Shown: positions 49,797 to 59,459, numbered from the stretch's first letter. The stretch: DNA of 64,000 bases from an uncultured Bacteroidales bacterium (GCA_963717995.1 CAVQXX010000015.1:91871-155870); one strand, 5' to 3'. Notes: a model not told the origin generated them from the sequence alone. Numbers and translations are program-made.

Positions 49797-49935
49797 AATG
49801 TGAATAAGTTGTTGGTAAAAGTATTTACTATATCATACCAACTGATTGTTAATTATTTATGATTTTAAAATCAGCATATATAAATGAAGGAATAAGTGAA
49901 CTTGTAAACTTAAATGTCATATAAACGATTTTAGT

Positions 49936-50922
49936 ATGGATTTAACGAACATGCCTATTAAACTATTTTTAAAAAAACTAATCCTTGAAACCGACCTTCG
50001 CGAGGAGCAGAGGTTTAATGACCTGATGGCAGGTGATACCCGGAAAATGGAAGAATTCAAAAGAATTGAAAAAATCTGGCAAGAGTCTGGTAAGATAGGG
50101 TTGTTTAAACAAATTGACACTGATTCTGACTGGGAATTGGTAAGGTCTCGCATCAGGATTCCACTAACACAGAAATATCGACAGATTCCTGCATATAGTT
50201 ATGCCTTGCGTATTGCTGCAGTCATCATTATTGCTTCCGGACTTTCCACCGGTATTTATAAGACAATCACTTTTGTCAACCGCGAAAAACCGGCTGGATA
50301 CGTATCTGTTGCAGCGGCTGTTAATCCCCGAAATATCCACCTTCCCGATGGTTCTGTTGTAACGTTGAAAGGCGGATCGGCATTGACCTATCGTTCAGAT
50401 TACGGTAATGCAGCACGGGAAGTGATATTAAACGGAGAAGCGCTTTTTGAAGTAGTTCCTGACAAGGTTCATCCATTTAAGGTTTATACAGGCGAATCGG
50501 TAGTTATTGTTACCGGTACGCGTTTTAGTGTGCGTGAGGAAAAGGGACTTGTAAAAGTTTCAGTTTTAAGTGGGAATGTTATCCTTTCAAATACAGGTGA
50601 GCATTCAAAACAGATAAGGATAGCTGCCAATCAGAGTGGTTATCTGCTTCCGGATCATAATCTGAAAATTGAAAATAAAATTGAGGTTAATGAACTTTCA
50701 TGGGAATCGGGCCACCTTATATTCCATGAAACGCCCATTGACACTGCATTGATCGACATTGCCAGGCATTTCAGAAAAGACCTTGTCATTGAGACTGAAA
50801 TAGAAGAAGATATTACTGCTGAATTCCAGGACCAACCTCTGAATGAGATCCTGGGTGAAATTAGGTTGGTAGCAGACCTGAAATTCGATACCACAGGAAC
50901 AGCACTCATTGTCAGAAAGTAA
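49936..50922 (+). CDS. FecR-family anti-sigma factor (FecR plus DUF4974-like C-terminus)
   Basis: 328 aa; single TM helix (..LRIAAVIIIASGL..); FecR core ..GEALFEVVPDKVHPFKVYTGESVVIVTGTRFSV..; C-terminal ..FQDQPLNEILGEIRLVADLKF... Confidence 0.85.
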   Translation: MDLTNMPIKLFLKKLILETDLREEQRFNDLMAGDTRKMEEFKRIEKIWQESGKIGLFKQIDTDSDWELVRSRIRIPLTQKYRQIPAYSYALRIAAVIIIASGLSTGIYKTITFVNREKPAGYVSVAAAVNPRNIHLPDGSVVTLKGGSALTYRSDYGNAAREVILNGEALFEVVPDKVHPFKVYTGESVVIVTGTRFSVREEKGLVKVSVLSGNVILSNTGEHSKQIRIAANQSGYLLPDHNLKIENKIEVNELSWESGHLIFHETPIDTALIDIARHFRKDLVIETEIEEDITAEFQDQPLNEILGEIRLVADLKFDTTGTALIVRK

Positions 50923-50932
50923 GTTCTAGCCG

Positions 50933-52573
50933 ATGAGTCTGCGGGAATCATACACTCGTTTACTTCCCGTCGTTTTCGCCCTGTTTCTTTTGTTCCCCGG
51001 AATTTCAGCACAAACACAGCTAGGGCTGCTCGACAAAGAGGTAAATTTATCCCGCACTACAGGGGAAATAGAAGAGTTGTTAAATGAAATAAGCCGAAAA
51101 GGCAAATTTTCCTTTACTTACACCTCCCAGATACAGGTTCACCGGTTGGCCTCCGTGCTTCAAAAAAAGCAGCTGATCCGAAACCATCTTGCCGATATAT
51201 TTCGCTTTGACAGTATTCAGATTATTGAACAGAACAATAAGATTCTGCTTATTCCCTTTCGCAGGAAGGTTTCACAGGTTGTTAGTTACAAGTCTGTGAG
51301 GGGACTTGTTATTGATAGCAAAACAAGGCACCCGCTTCCTTATTCAAATGTATTTCTGATTAACAAGAGTACAGGAACCATTTCAAATATGGGTGGCCGG
51401 TTTGAACTGAAAATTTCAGTTTCGGAACCAGATGATACACTGGGCGTGTCGTTCATTGGCTACAAACAGTATAAAGTGCCGGTTTCCTCTCTTGATACCG
51501 GCCTGATAATTGTTCGTTTATCCTCCAGGAAAGTCCAGATCAGAGAAGTTGTTGTAAAGCCATTGGATCCCATTTATATTCTTACCAAGGCAATTGAGGC
51601 TATTCCAAACAATTACGACAGAAAGCCTGCCGTGTTCACCGCTTTCTTCCGGGAATCCACACGACAGGATAATACCGATATATCCCTGTCTGAAGCGGTA
51701 ATAAACATTTTCAAGGAGTCCTATACTGCACTGAGGGATGATCAGATTAAGATTTTCAAAGGTAGAAAGGGCAGTAATACGGGTGAAAAGGAATTTGTGG
51801 ATTTTGTTGTACAGGGCGGTCTTTATAATACATTACAGCTCGACATTGTGAAAAACCTGCCTACATTCCTGGATGCGGATTATTTTGCACTGTATGAATA
51901 CAAGTTGGAGCGAATTATTACCCACTTTGACAAGCCAACCTATATCATTTCTTTTGACCAGCGCGAAGGAGTAAAATATCCGTGCTTCAAGGGAAGGGTG
52001 TACATTGATGTGGAATCGCTTGCCATTATCGGAGCGTCCTTTCAGTTAAGCGAGAAAGGAATGAGTTACGCCACCGGCATATATGTGAAAAAAACGCCCA
52101 AACGACTGGGGGTAAAGCCCATGAGTGCCAGGTATGAGGTTTTCTACAGGTCCTATCATGGCAAATGGAATCTCAGCAATGTGCGAAGTGATATCATGAT
52201 AAGGGTTCGCCGGAAAAAAAACAAGCAGCAGGACCGGTTCAATTCTGATTTCGAATCCACATCCGAATTTGTAATAACAAACAAGGATACTGCAAATATT
52301 GCACGATTCAGATTTGCGGAAATTTCAAAACCCCGGGATGTGCTTGTTGAACAGATTGGTGAAACCGATCAGGAATTCTGGGGGAGCGAGAATGTGATCA
52401 AACCCGAAGAACCCATTGAAAAAACCATTCTGAAGCTTGGCCGGAAAAGCAATATTTTTTCGGAACAGGAGATTGCCGCCATTAAAATAGAGGAGGAAAA
52501 AGATGCAGTGAAGTCAAAAGAGGAGAATGCATCAGACGAAGGGAATAAAGAAAATGATAACAGTCAGTATTAG
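50933..52573 (+). CDS. Secreted STN-domain plus CarboxypepD_reg-domain protein without TonB-dependent plug/barrel
   Basis: Signal peptide, then an STN-like segment (VNLSRTTGEIEELLNEISRKGKFSFTYTSQIQV..IQIIEQNNKILLIP). A carboxypeptidase-regulatory-like domain follows (VRGLVIDSKTRHPLPYSNVFLINKSTGTISNMGGRFEL..). The remaining ~340 aa are of unrecognised fold with an acidic/lysine-rich tail. At 546 aa the protein is far too short for a SusC/FecA barrel. Confidence 0.65.
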   Translation: MSLRESYTRLLPVVFALFLLFPGISAQTQLGLLDKEVNLSRTTGEIEELLNEISRKGKFSFTYTSQIQVHRLASVLQKKQLIRNHLADIFRFDSIQIIEQNNKILLIPFRRKVSQVVSYKSVRGLVIDSKTRHPLPYSNVFLINKSTGTISNMGGRFELKISVSEPDDTLGVSFIGYKQYKVPVSSLDTGLIIVRLSSRKVQIREVVVKPLDPIYILTKAIEAIPNNYDRKPAVFTAFFRESTRQDNTDISLSEAVINIFKESYTALRDDQIKIFKGRKGSNTGEKEFVDFVVQGGLYNTLQLDIVKNLPTFLDADYFALYEYKLERIITHFDKPTYIISFDQREGVKYPCFKGRVYIDVESLAIIGASFQLSEKGMSYATGIYVKKTPKRLGVKPMSARYEVFYRSYHGKWNLSNVRSDIMIRVRRKKNKQQDRFNSDFESTSEFVITNKDTANIARFRFAEISKPRDVLVEQIGETDQEFWGSENVIKPEEPIEKTILKLGRKSNIFSEQEIAAIKIEEEKDAVKSKEENASDEGNKENDNSQY

Positions 52574-52595
52574 TGTTGAAAAATAAATCATCGCT

Positions 52596-55172
52596 ATGGC
52601 AAAAAGAATTACGGGATTAATCTTACTCATCGTGCCGGGTGCACTTATTCTTATGTTATCAGGATTTGGCGATATAAAAGACAAGTCATTTCTCGATATA
52701 TTACAAGATAAACTTAACAGGTTTAACAGGGATTTCTATGCCGAAAAGGCATATCTGGTGACTGACAGATTTGCTTACCGACCGGGTGATGACATCTGGT
52801 TTCACGGTTTTGTTTCAACACAGGTTGGTTTGCCCAAAGATTCAGGCAGCCAGGACATGTTCGTTAAGTTCATGAATATGAAAGGAGAGGAAATTATTTT
52901 CAGGCGTTACCCTCTCGAAAATCACCAGGTCACCGGAAGGTTCCTCATTCCGCGTACTTCGATTCCTGGAAAATACTACCTGGTAGCCTATACGGGATGG
53001 ATGAAAAACCAACCTGTAAGAGATGTATTCAGAAAAGAAATCCTGGTGGGCAAATATTACGATAAGCGTTTCCAGGTGGACATATTGTATGACCGTAGTT
53101 TTTACTATGCAGGCGACTCAATGCATGCCAATATACGGCTGATTGATCCGGCAGGAAAACCTATAGGCGAAACCGGATTTGTTTATACCCTTGGATCATT
53201 CAACCGGGACTTAATAAAAGAAAACGGCAAAACAACCCAGCAGGGGGTATTTGAGCTCAAATGCCAGGTTCCCTCCACGGATGATATTCTTATACTCAAA
53301 ATAGAATTGAAAAGCAGGAAAATTTCAGGTGAGTATTCACTTATAATTCCTGCCGCCACTTCTGATCCCGAAATTACCTTTCACTCCGAGGATGGAAATG
53401 TCGTGGCCGGACTTACAAACGTTATGGCTTTCCATTCCCAAACTCATTATGGGATGCCGGTAAGTATTCTGGGTGAGATCATTGATCGTAAAGGTGATGT
53501 ATTGCAGGCTGTGCAATCGAATAACAAGGGTATGGGCTCTTTTACCTATAGGCCTTCTGAAGATTCTGCATTTCTCAGAATTCTGAAACCGGCAGGCGTA
53601 TCCCGCCAGTTTCCGCTTCCCCTGGCATCAACCAGGGGAGTGATAATTCATCTTCGTAAAGCGGATAAGGATACGGTATGGTGCACATTGCTCTCAACAC
53701 AGGGTAATACCGATTCCGTTTTTTATTGGGTAGCCTTGCTGAACAGGCGTATTATTTGGAGCAAAGTCACTGATAGAAAAGCACATGATGTTAAAATACC
53801 ATTGAAGGGTTCTGGTACCGGTATAATGCAGGTATCCGTCTTTAATCAGGATGAAAAATTACTGGCTGAACGGCTGATGCATATTTCCGGTGAAGATATG
53901 CTGAATGCCAAAACCGACAGGCAAACATACCAGAGCCGCCAGCGTGTAATCCTAACTATTGATTACCTGGGCAGGAGCAGTAAGGTTGAACTGGCGATGA
54001 CTATTTCATTGAAACAGTTGGCTTATAGCCCGCTGAACATTGGTTTTGAACAGGCTATTCATTCCTGCCCATACGACACACTTTCAAAATCGCCAGGTAT
54101 TTCGCAGCACATCTCCGATATAGAACTGATGGCTTCGGGTTATAAAGAGATATCCTGGAATCATCTGCTGAATAATAATTCACATGAACATGCATTTGTA
54201 AAACTTGATGGACTAACCGGAACCGTTATCGATAAAAAGGAGAATCCCGCCCAGCATGCAAAGGTAAGAGTCACCCATCTTCCAAATTTCCGTTTCTATG
54301 AAACGCAGAGCAATGAAAACGGATACTTCCAGGTATTGTTCGGTTCAGACGTGATTGATTTCAATTATCTGAAAATTGATGCATACGATGCATTAGGAAA
54401 AGTAAATCTGATCGCATCGGTAAATCAACTGTTTTCGAAAAAAATAAAGGAGGATATTATTCAAAATACTGGCAATCATGATAAGCAAAAGATATTCAAC
54501 ACAGCCTTCTATGGTGATCCGGATGTAATTTATTCACTTCGTTACGGTTCGCGGAAGTATTTTAAATCAGAAAATGAATCCAGGAGGCGTTATGATCCAA
54601 AACTTTATTCAGATTATGCAGATGCCTTAGATATTATTCAGGAGCTGAAGCCCTTCCGTTTGAAAAATAACATGATCGTTTTTACAGATACAGCAGAAAA
54701 TATTCTGCCATCACATATTCAGGAGGGCGTGATCATTGTGATTAATGGTGCGATCAAGGGTACAAATGCGGATATATTGAGAGGAATGCTTCCTTCGGAT
54801 ATAACAAACATCAACATATCCGAATCGCAGATGGATGTTCACAGGTATACCCCTGTTAATTTTCAGGGTGTTATAGAATTAACTACCATTCAAAGCATGT
54901 ATAAATACAGGCAGCCGGGGATGCAAATGGGAATGGACATCCTGAATACAAGCAGGGAATTCTATTCTCCTGATTACGCCATTGAAACTGCGGTCAATAC
55001 CGATAATCGCAGAACATTGTACTGGAATCCACATATGACTATTACGCAAGGCTTGCCGGCACTCATTACATTTTATACATCCGATGTGAAAGGGATTTAT
55101 TATGGCAAGATAGAAGGAATGGATGCGGAAGGCCAACCGGTTCAGGATGAATTTACGATTGTTGTGGAATGA
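52596..55172 (+). CDS. Membrane-anchored MG2 (alpha-2-macroglobulin-like) repeat protein with CarboxypepD_reg-like and plug-like segments
   Basis: N-terminal TM/signal anchor. MG2-type motifs TDRFAYRPGDDIWFHGFV and TDRQTYQSRQRVILTI. A later CarboxypepD_reg-like unit (GTVIDKKENPAQHAKVRV..NENGYFQV). A degenerate plug-like stretch (VIIVINGAIKG..LPSDITNINI..FQGVIELTT). Confidence 0.55.
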   Translation: MAKRITGLILLIVPGALILMLSGFGDIKDKSFLDILQDKLNRFNRDFYAEKAYLVTDRFAYRPGDDIWFHGFVSTQVGLPKDSGSQDMFVKFMNMKGEEIIFRRYPLENHQVTGRFLIPRTSIPGKYYLVAYTGWMKNQPVRDVFRKEILVGKYYDKRFQVDILYDRSFYYAGDSMHANIRLIDPAGKPIGETGFVYTLGSFNRDLIKENGKTTQQGVFELKCQVPSTDDILILKIELKSRKISGEYSLIIPAATSDPEITFHSEDGNVVAGLTNVMAFHSQTHYGMPVSILGEIIDRKGDVLQAVQSNNKGMGSFTYRPSEDSAFLRILKPAGVSRQFPLPLASTRGVIIHLRKADKDTVWCTLLSTQGNTDSVFYWVALLNRRIIWSKVTDRKAHDVKIPLKGSGTGIMQVSVFNQDEKLLAERLMHISGEDMLNAKTDRQTYQSRQRVILTIDYLGRSSKVELAMTISLKQLAYSPLNIGFEQAIHSCPYDTLSKSPGISQHISDIELMASGYKEISWNHLLNNNSHEHAFVKLDGLTGTVIDKKENPAQHAKVRVTHLPNFRFYETQSNENGYFQVLFGSDVIDFNYLKIDAYDALGKVNLIASVNQLFSKKIKEDIIQNTGNHDKQKIFNTAFYGDPDVIYSLRYGSRKYFKSENESRRRYDPKLYSDYADALDIIQELKPFRLKNNMIVFTDTAENILPSHIQEGVIIVINGAIKGTNADILRGMLPSDITNINISESQMDVHRYTPVNFQGVIELTTIQSMYKYRQPGMQMGMDILNTSREFYSPDYAIETAVNTDNRRTLYWNPHMTITQGLPALITFYTSDVKGIYYGKIEGMDAEGQPVQDEFTIVVE

Positions 55173-56189
55173 CAGTTTCCTTTTTCCCTCTGTTCAACAA
55201 GAGGTATAATTAAGAGGGCTGCAAGACCAAGCACAAGATAAATCAGGTTTGTTGATGCATGTGCAATGAGGGCAAACACCTTGCCATCAGCCTTATCAAT
55301 ACCATAAATGAAAAGCGTTTCATAAACCATGAAATGCCAGGGTCCGATACCTCCCTGCACAGGTGCCAGCATTGCCAATCCCCCCATCAGAAAATGTGAT
55401 CATGCCTGTCTCCAATGAAAGATGTTCAGTTGGCGGATAAGCCTTGAAAATCACGTACAGCATGAAAAGCCACATGACGAAAATGAACAGGGTATGACCC
55501 ACAAAAATCCATTTATTTTCAAGCTTGGCAATCGATTTAATTCCTTCCAGGAAATTTTGCCTGATGAGCCTGATCTTCTTTACAAACAAATTCCCTCTAT
55601 CATGTTTATTCCGGTTATAATAGTGGTTAAAAAGCAGGAAAGCAAGAATAAAAAGAGCAATGGCTGAAAGGGCGAATAAGAGATTGCGGGTGGAGAAGAT
55701 ACGCAATGCATTGTCCCTGATATCGGCATGCGTATTGAAAAAAGTGGCAAAAACCCTGAGCTGGCTTATTATGATAACTATTGCCAGCAACATGAGTGTG
55801 ATCAGATCTGCAAGCCTTTCAACAAAAACGGTACCTGCCAGTTTGGCAAATGGGATTTTCTCATACCGGCTAAGTATAGTACACCTGAAAACTTCACCTG
55901 CTCTTGGCAACAGGAGATTGACAAAATAAAGCATTAAAACCGACAGGAAAGAATTGTATAATTTGGGATTGTATCCGAGAGGCCTTATCAGCATATTCCA
56001 TCTCATTGCCCTGCTGATCTGTGAAAGAACACTGAAAAAGATGGAAACCAGGATCCAGAAATAATTAAGATGCTGAAACGCACCCTTGTATTTATCCAAC
56101 GGCTCATCTTTATATACCCACCAGAATACGAAAATTCCAGCTCCCAGGAAAATGAAATATTTGAAAATATTCAGAAACTTTTTCCACAT
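55142..56189 (-). pseudogene. Flippase-like / lysylphosphatidylglycerol-synthase-TM-region (UPF0104) family membrane protein, frameshifted (possibly a sequencing indel)
   Basis: ORFs 55320-56189 and 55142-55387 join if one A is removed from the A4 run at 55391-55394 (..MITFLMGGLAMLAPVQGGIGPWHFMV..). Multi-pass membrane protein. The 3' end overlaps the convergent gene by 31 nt. Confidence 0.65.
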
Positions 56190-56294
56190 AATGTTGAAAT
56201 CAGGAAATAGCGTAATTTGCCCGCAAAGGTAATGAAATATGTTGATCTGGTTATAAAAACCCTGGGAAATACGGACAATAAGAAGGTAAAGAAA

Positions 56295-58205
56295 ATGTAT
56301 TATTTTTACCTGATGTATAAATCATGGCTGCTGCTGATATCGGCTTTCTTTGTTATATATTCAGAGGATATACTGGGACAAAATGAGCCAAAGGATACGC
56401 TGAGCGTTATTGAAGTTATAACTCAACGCAAGGACTCCATGGTTCGCAATCCGGGAGCATCTTTGGGAAAATGGAATCATCTCTCCGACAGCCTTTTTTT
56501 ATCAACTCGCCCAAACCGTTTCAATCGTGAATTAAACAACCTGCTGCAGAAATTTTATCATTCACACCCTAAAAACAAGAAAATACCGGTCACAAACGCT
56601 AACCTCACTGCATATGATGGATTGATTATCCGCAAAATTCAATTCAAAACACTAAATGTGTTTTCCGGCTCCATTGAGGATACGAGTTATGTTCCGTCTA
56701 ACTGGACTGAAAAGGCTGTAACTGCAATTCACTTTAATACACGTGAGAAGATCATCAGGAAAAATCTGCTTTTCCAGAAGGATGACAGGCTTGATGTTTT
56801 CCTGGTGGCTGAAAATGAACGAATGATCAGGGAACTACCCTATATCCGGGACGCAAGATTTCTTATAAATACTATTCCGGGATCGCCTGATTCAATAGAT
56901 ATAATTTTGCTGACGAAAGACCTGATCCCACTCGGTTTCAGTGCTGAACTCTCCAGGCCGGATGCAGGAAATGCGAGTATCGGATATTATAACATATTTG
57001 GGTATGGACACCAGTTTGAAACCACGACCTATTGGGACGGAAGGCATACGCCATTTTTAGGGTTTAAACTCCACTATGGGATTCCTAATATACAAGGTAC
57101 ATATATCTCATCAGACCTGGAATACACCCACCGCTGGAATACCGATATGAGCAGGATACGGTTGGAACGCAATTTCAGGACTGTTGGCATAAAATATGCC
57201 GGTGCCGTTGAACTTACGAATGCTGATCTGCAGCGCGATCTTGTTTTACAGGATACAACAATAGATAATATTACCTGGAAATATACCAACTATGATTTCT
57301 GGGTAGGCAGATTATTTAGTGTGAAAAAAGGAAATACTGCAGGAACCCGCAAGGGATTATTTCTTTCCGGCCGGGCCTTTTATAACTACAACAGAGAGAC
57401 ACCGCAAACGGAAGAACATAATTATTATGCATTTCAGGACAAAACCATGCTTCTTTTTTCCACAGGATACACATACCGTGGTTTTCGAAAAGATAATATG
57501 ATCTTTACATTCGACAAGATAGAGGACGTACCGTACGGTTATATGTTTGAAATAACATCGGGATATGAATGGGGACAATATGTTGGCAGACCCTACTTCG
57601 CGGCCAATATATCATTCGGCAAATACATGGCCCGTCATTACTTATATGGTCAGTTCGGATACGGGACTTTTGTCCATAATCATTCCCTTGAACAGGGAAC
57701 AATTCATTTGCAGTTAAAGGGTTTTTCAAATCTGAATACCTGGGGTATGTTTTTCCAAAACAGGAATTTTTTTACGTTTACTTATTTGAATGGAATAAAC
57801 AGGTTTAAGGATGAGTTTACCCGTTTGGAAAATAAGGGCGGCATACCCGGACTTTACAGCCCGTCCTTAAGGGGCAATGAAAAATTTGTTCTGAATCTGG
57901 AATCTGTTTTGTTCAGTCCTTACCGCTTGCTGGGATTTCGTTTTGCCTTTTTTGCATCAGTTGACCTTGGGTTCATCAAAACAGAAAATCTCAGTTTCTA
58001 TGAGTCAACGCCTTATTCAGGATTGGGACTTGGAATCCGGATCAGAAATGAACGACTTGTTTTTGATACATTTGAGATCAAGTTTTCAATCTATCCGGGA
58101 ATGCCTGCAGATGCAGATCCCATGTATATCAATGCAGGCAGCATTCCCCGCATCAGATCGAATGTTCTTTTTCCGGACAAACCAACGATACTGGAATATA
58201 ATTAG
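56295..58205 (+). CDS. Omp85/BamA-like outer-membrane beta-barrel protein with one POTRA-like domain
   Basis: POTRA-like segment (IIRKIQFKTLNVFSG..REKIIRKNLLFQKDDRLD..ENERMIRELPYIRDARFLI..IDIILLTKD). Omp85-type ..YYNIFGYGHQFETT.. and an alternating-hydrophobic barrel region. Start uncertain (ATG at 56295 or 56313; the ORF-track TTG is at 56217). Confidence 0.6.
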   Translation: MYYFYLMYKSWLLLISAFFVIYSEDILGQNEPKDTLSVIEVITQRKDSMVRNPGASLGKWNHLSDSLFLSTRPNRFNRELNNLLQKFYHSHPKNKKIPVTNANLTAYDGLIIRKIQFKTLNVFSGSIEDTSYVPSNWTEKAVTAIHFNTREKIIRKNLLFQKDDRLDVFLVAENERMIRELPYIRDARFLINTIPGSPDSIDIILLTKDLIPLGFSAELSRPDAGNASIGYYNIFGYGHQFETTTYWDGRHTPFLGFKLHYGIPNIQGTYISSDLEYTHRWNTDMSRIRLERNFRTVGIKYAGAVELTNADLQRDLVLQDTTIDNITWKYTNYDFWVGRLFSVKKGNTAGTRKGLFLSGRAFYNYNRETPQTEEHNYYAFQDKTMLLFSTGYTYRGFRKDNMIFTFDKIEDVPYGYMFEITSGYEWGQYVGRPYFAANISFGKYMARHYLYGQFGYGTFVHNHSLEQGTIHLQLKGFSNLNTWGMFFQNRNFFTFTYLNGINRFKDEFTRLENKGGIPGLYSPSLRGNEKFVLNLESVLFSPYRLLGFRFAFFASVDLGFIKTENLSFYESTPYSGLGLGIRIRNERLVFDTFEIKFSIYPGMPADADPMYINAGSIPRIRSNVLFPDKPTILEYN

Positions 58206-58223
58206 TTGATTGTTGATAGTAGG

Positions 58224-58304
58224 AATGAATTATGAATTATGAATTATGAATTATGAATTATGAATGATGAATTATGAATGATGAATTTGAGGTTTGAGGT
58301 TTGG
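58224..58304. repeat. (TGAAT[TG]A)n 7-bp tandem array (about 9 units) followed by (GAGGTTT)2
   Basis: aatgaattatgaattatgaattatgaattatgaatgatgaattatgaatgatgaatttgaggtttgaggtttgg, starting 18 nt after the Omp85-like stop. Confidence 0.9.
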
Positions 58305-58315
58305 TGTGAAGTAAT

Positions 58316-58476
58316 AAAGTTTAAAAAGTACGCCTTCGGCGTTTTGAGAATTTACCGCGAAGGACTCAAAGGATTGTTCCCGAAGGGATGCTTTCGGCAC
58401 ACAAAGGAAACTAAAAGGAATTTCTGCCACAAAGACTCAAAGACACAAAGGACCTCATTGCATTCGATTAACCGTT
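58316..58476. repeat. 161-bp dispersed repeat, copy B
   Basis: Same orientation and length as 47231-47391. The 71-aa ORF at 58278-58493 is a translation of this repeat and is not called as a gene. Confidence 0.92.
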
Positions 58477-58495
58477 TAAGAACATTGAAATAGCT

Positions 58496-58557
58496 AATCT
58501 GCGAAATCCGTGAAAATCTGCGAGAAAAAAGACCCGTTGAATAAATATTAATCCGCG
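58496..58557. repeat. ATCTGCGA-type ~61-bp dispersed repeat, copy 2
   Basis: aatctgcgaaatccgtgaaaatctgcgagaaaaaagacccgttgaataaatattaatccgcg aligns with 32126-32186. Confidence 0.8.
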
Positions 58558-58568
58558 AAATCCGGACG

Positions 58569-58594
58569 ACTGCAAAACTGCAAAACTGCAGAAC
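58569..58594. repeat. (CTGCA[AG]AA)n 8-bp tandem array
   Basis: actgcaaaactgcaaaactgcagaac, 10 nt from the stop of the lipoprotein gene (58605). Same family as 15807-15856 and 8369-8398. Confidence 0.85.
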
Positions 58595-58604
58595 TTCATC
58601 TTTC

Positions 58605-59288
58605 TTATTCCAGTAACTTATTCAGTATCTCCGTCATCTGATCACGATCAATTATACGGGTGGTTTTGGGAAGATCGTATTCAGCAGGGATTTCTGCAAG
58701 CGGTTGAAATTTTTCGGCACTAAAACGCATACGAAGATTTATCAGGTTCAGCTCAAATTCCATTAATACGCCTTTTATCTTACGATAGGGATTGGTGGAA
58801 TTCGGATGCTTCAGATTGATTTCGCCTGTATAATAAATGTCGAATGTAATATTGTTCGATGGAAGGTATATAATTGCCTTATGACAATTGAAACCCGCAA
58901 TATTCTTGGTTTCTTCAGTTTCGGTGATGACCATTTCATCCATTGAATTAAAACAGCACATCATTTCATTGTGCTTTCCCTTATAAAGATAATTCTTATC
59001 AATTACCTTAAGTACAGTGGAACATTTACGGGTATTAAAATTAGTCAGGGCTTCCAGCTTGTAAAACCCGAGAAATCCTTCAATATTATTTATCGCTTCT
59101 TTCTGGTTAAAAATCAATTTCATTCGCTTGGGCAAAATGTCGAGCATTTTTTTGTCAAGATTATCATTCAGGTAGGTGATTTTATAATCTATTCTGCCGG
59201 AGTCTATTCCGTTGCGACTGCTACTGCCGCCACAGGATGCAAGAATTAAGCTTACCAGAATAACTAAACAAGCCTGTGGTTTATTCAT
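58605..59288 (-). CDS. Hypothetical lipoprotein
   Basis: 227 aa with lipoprotein signal (..LILASCGGSS). I recognise no family. Confidence 0.6.
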   Translation of the reverse strand: MNKPQACLVILVSLILASCGGSSSRNGIDSGRIDYKITYLNDNLDKKMLDILPKRMKLIFNQKEAINNIEGFLGFYKLEALTNFNTRKCSTVLKVIDKNYLYKGKHNEMMCCFNSMDEMVITETEETKNIAGFNCHKAIIYLPSNNITFDIYYTGEINLKHPNSTNPYRKIKGVLMEFELNLINLRMRFSAEKFQPLAEIPAEYDLPKTTRIIDRDQMTEILNKLLE

Positions 59289-59459
59289 TAGTTAGTTTTG
59301 AGTGGTGTTAAGGTATTACGTGAATAATTCATTGAGGTTCACTTTTACGAACGATGTTTTGATCAGGCATCCACAAATCGGCTATCAATGAATCAAATGA
59401 GGTGACAAGAATTTTCATTTCAGATCGCATCAAAAAAGTTCACAAATTTATGAAATTTA

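Noticed and set aside
55142-55172. 31-nt convergent overlap between the MG2-repeat gene and the flippase-like gene as a regulatory antisense arrangement
   Set aside because: The flippase-like gene already carries one homopolymer frameshift. Its odd C-terminal tail (..EKGNCHSTTIVNSS) may be another indel artefact, so the overlap is not reliable.
58278-58493. 71-aa ORF (MMNLRFEVWCEVIKFKKYAFG..)
   Set aside because: It is entirely a translation of the (TGAATTA)n array and the 161-bp dispersed repeat. The same sequence at 47231-47391 is not in an ORF. Low-complexity K/R/T/Q composition.
59324-59334. TGAATAATTCA palindrome as an ARG box
   Set aside because: The half-sites match TGAAT/ATTCA but are separated by 1 nt instead of the 4 nt of the ARG-box consensus. 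I kept it only as a remark under the argF finding.
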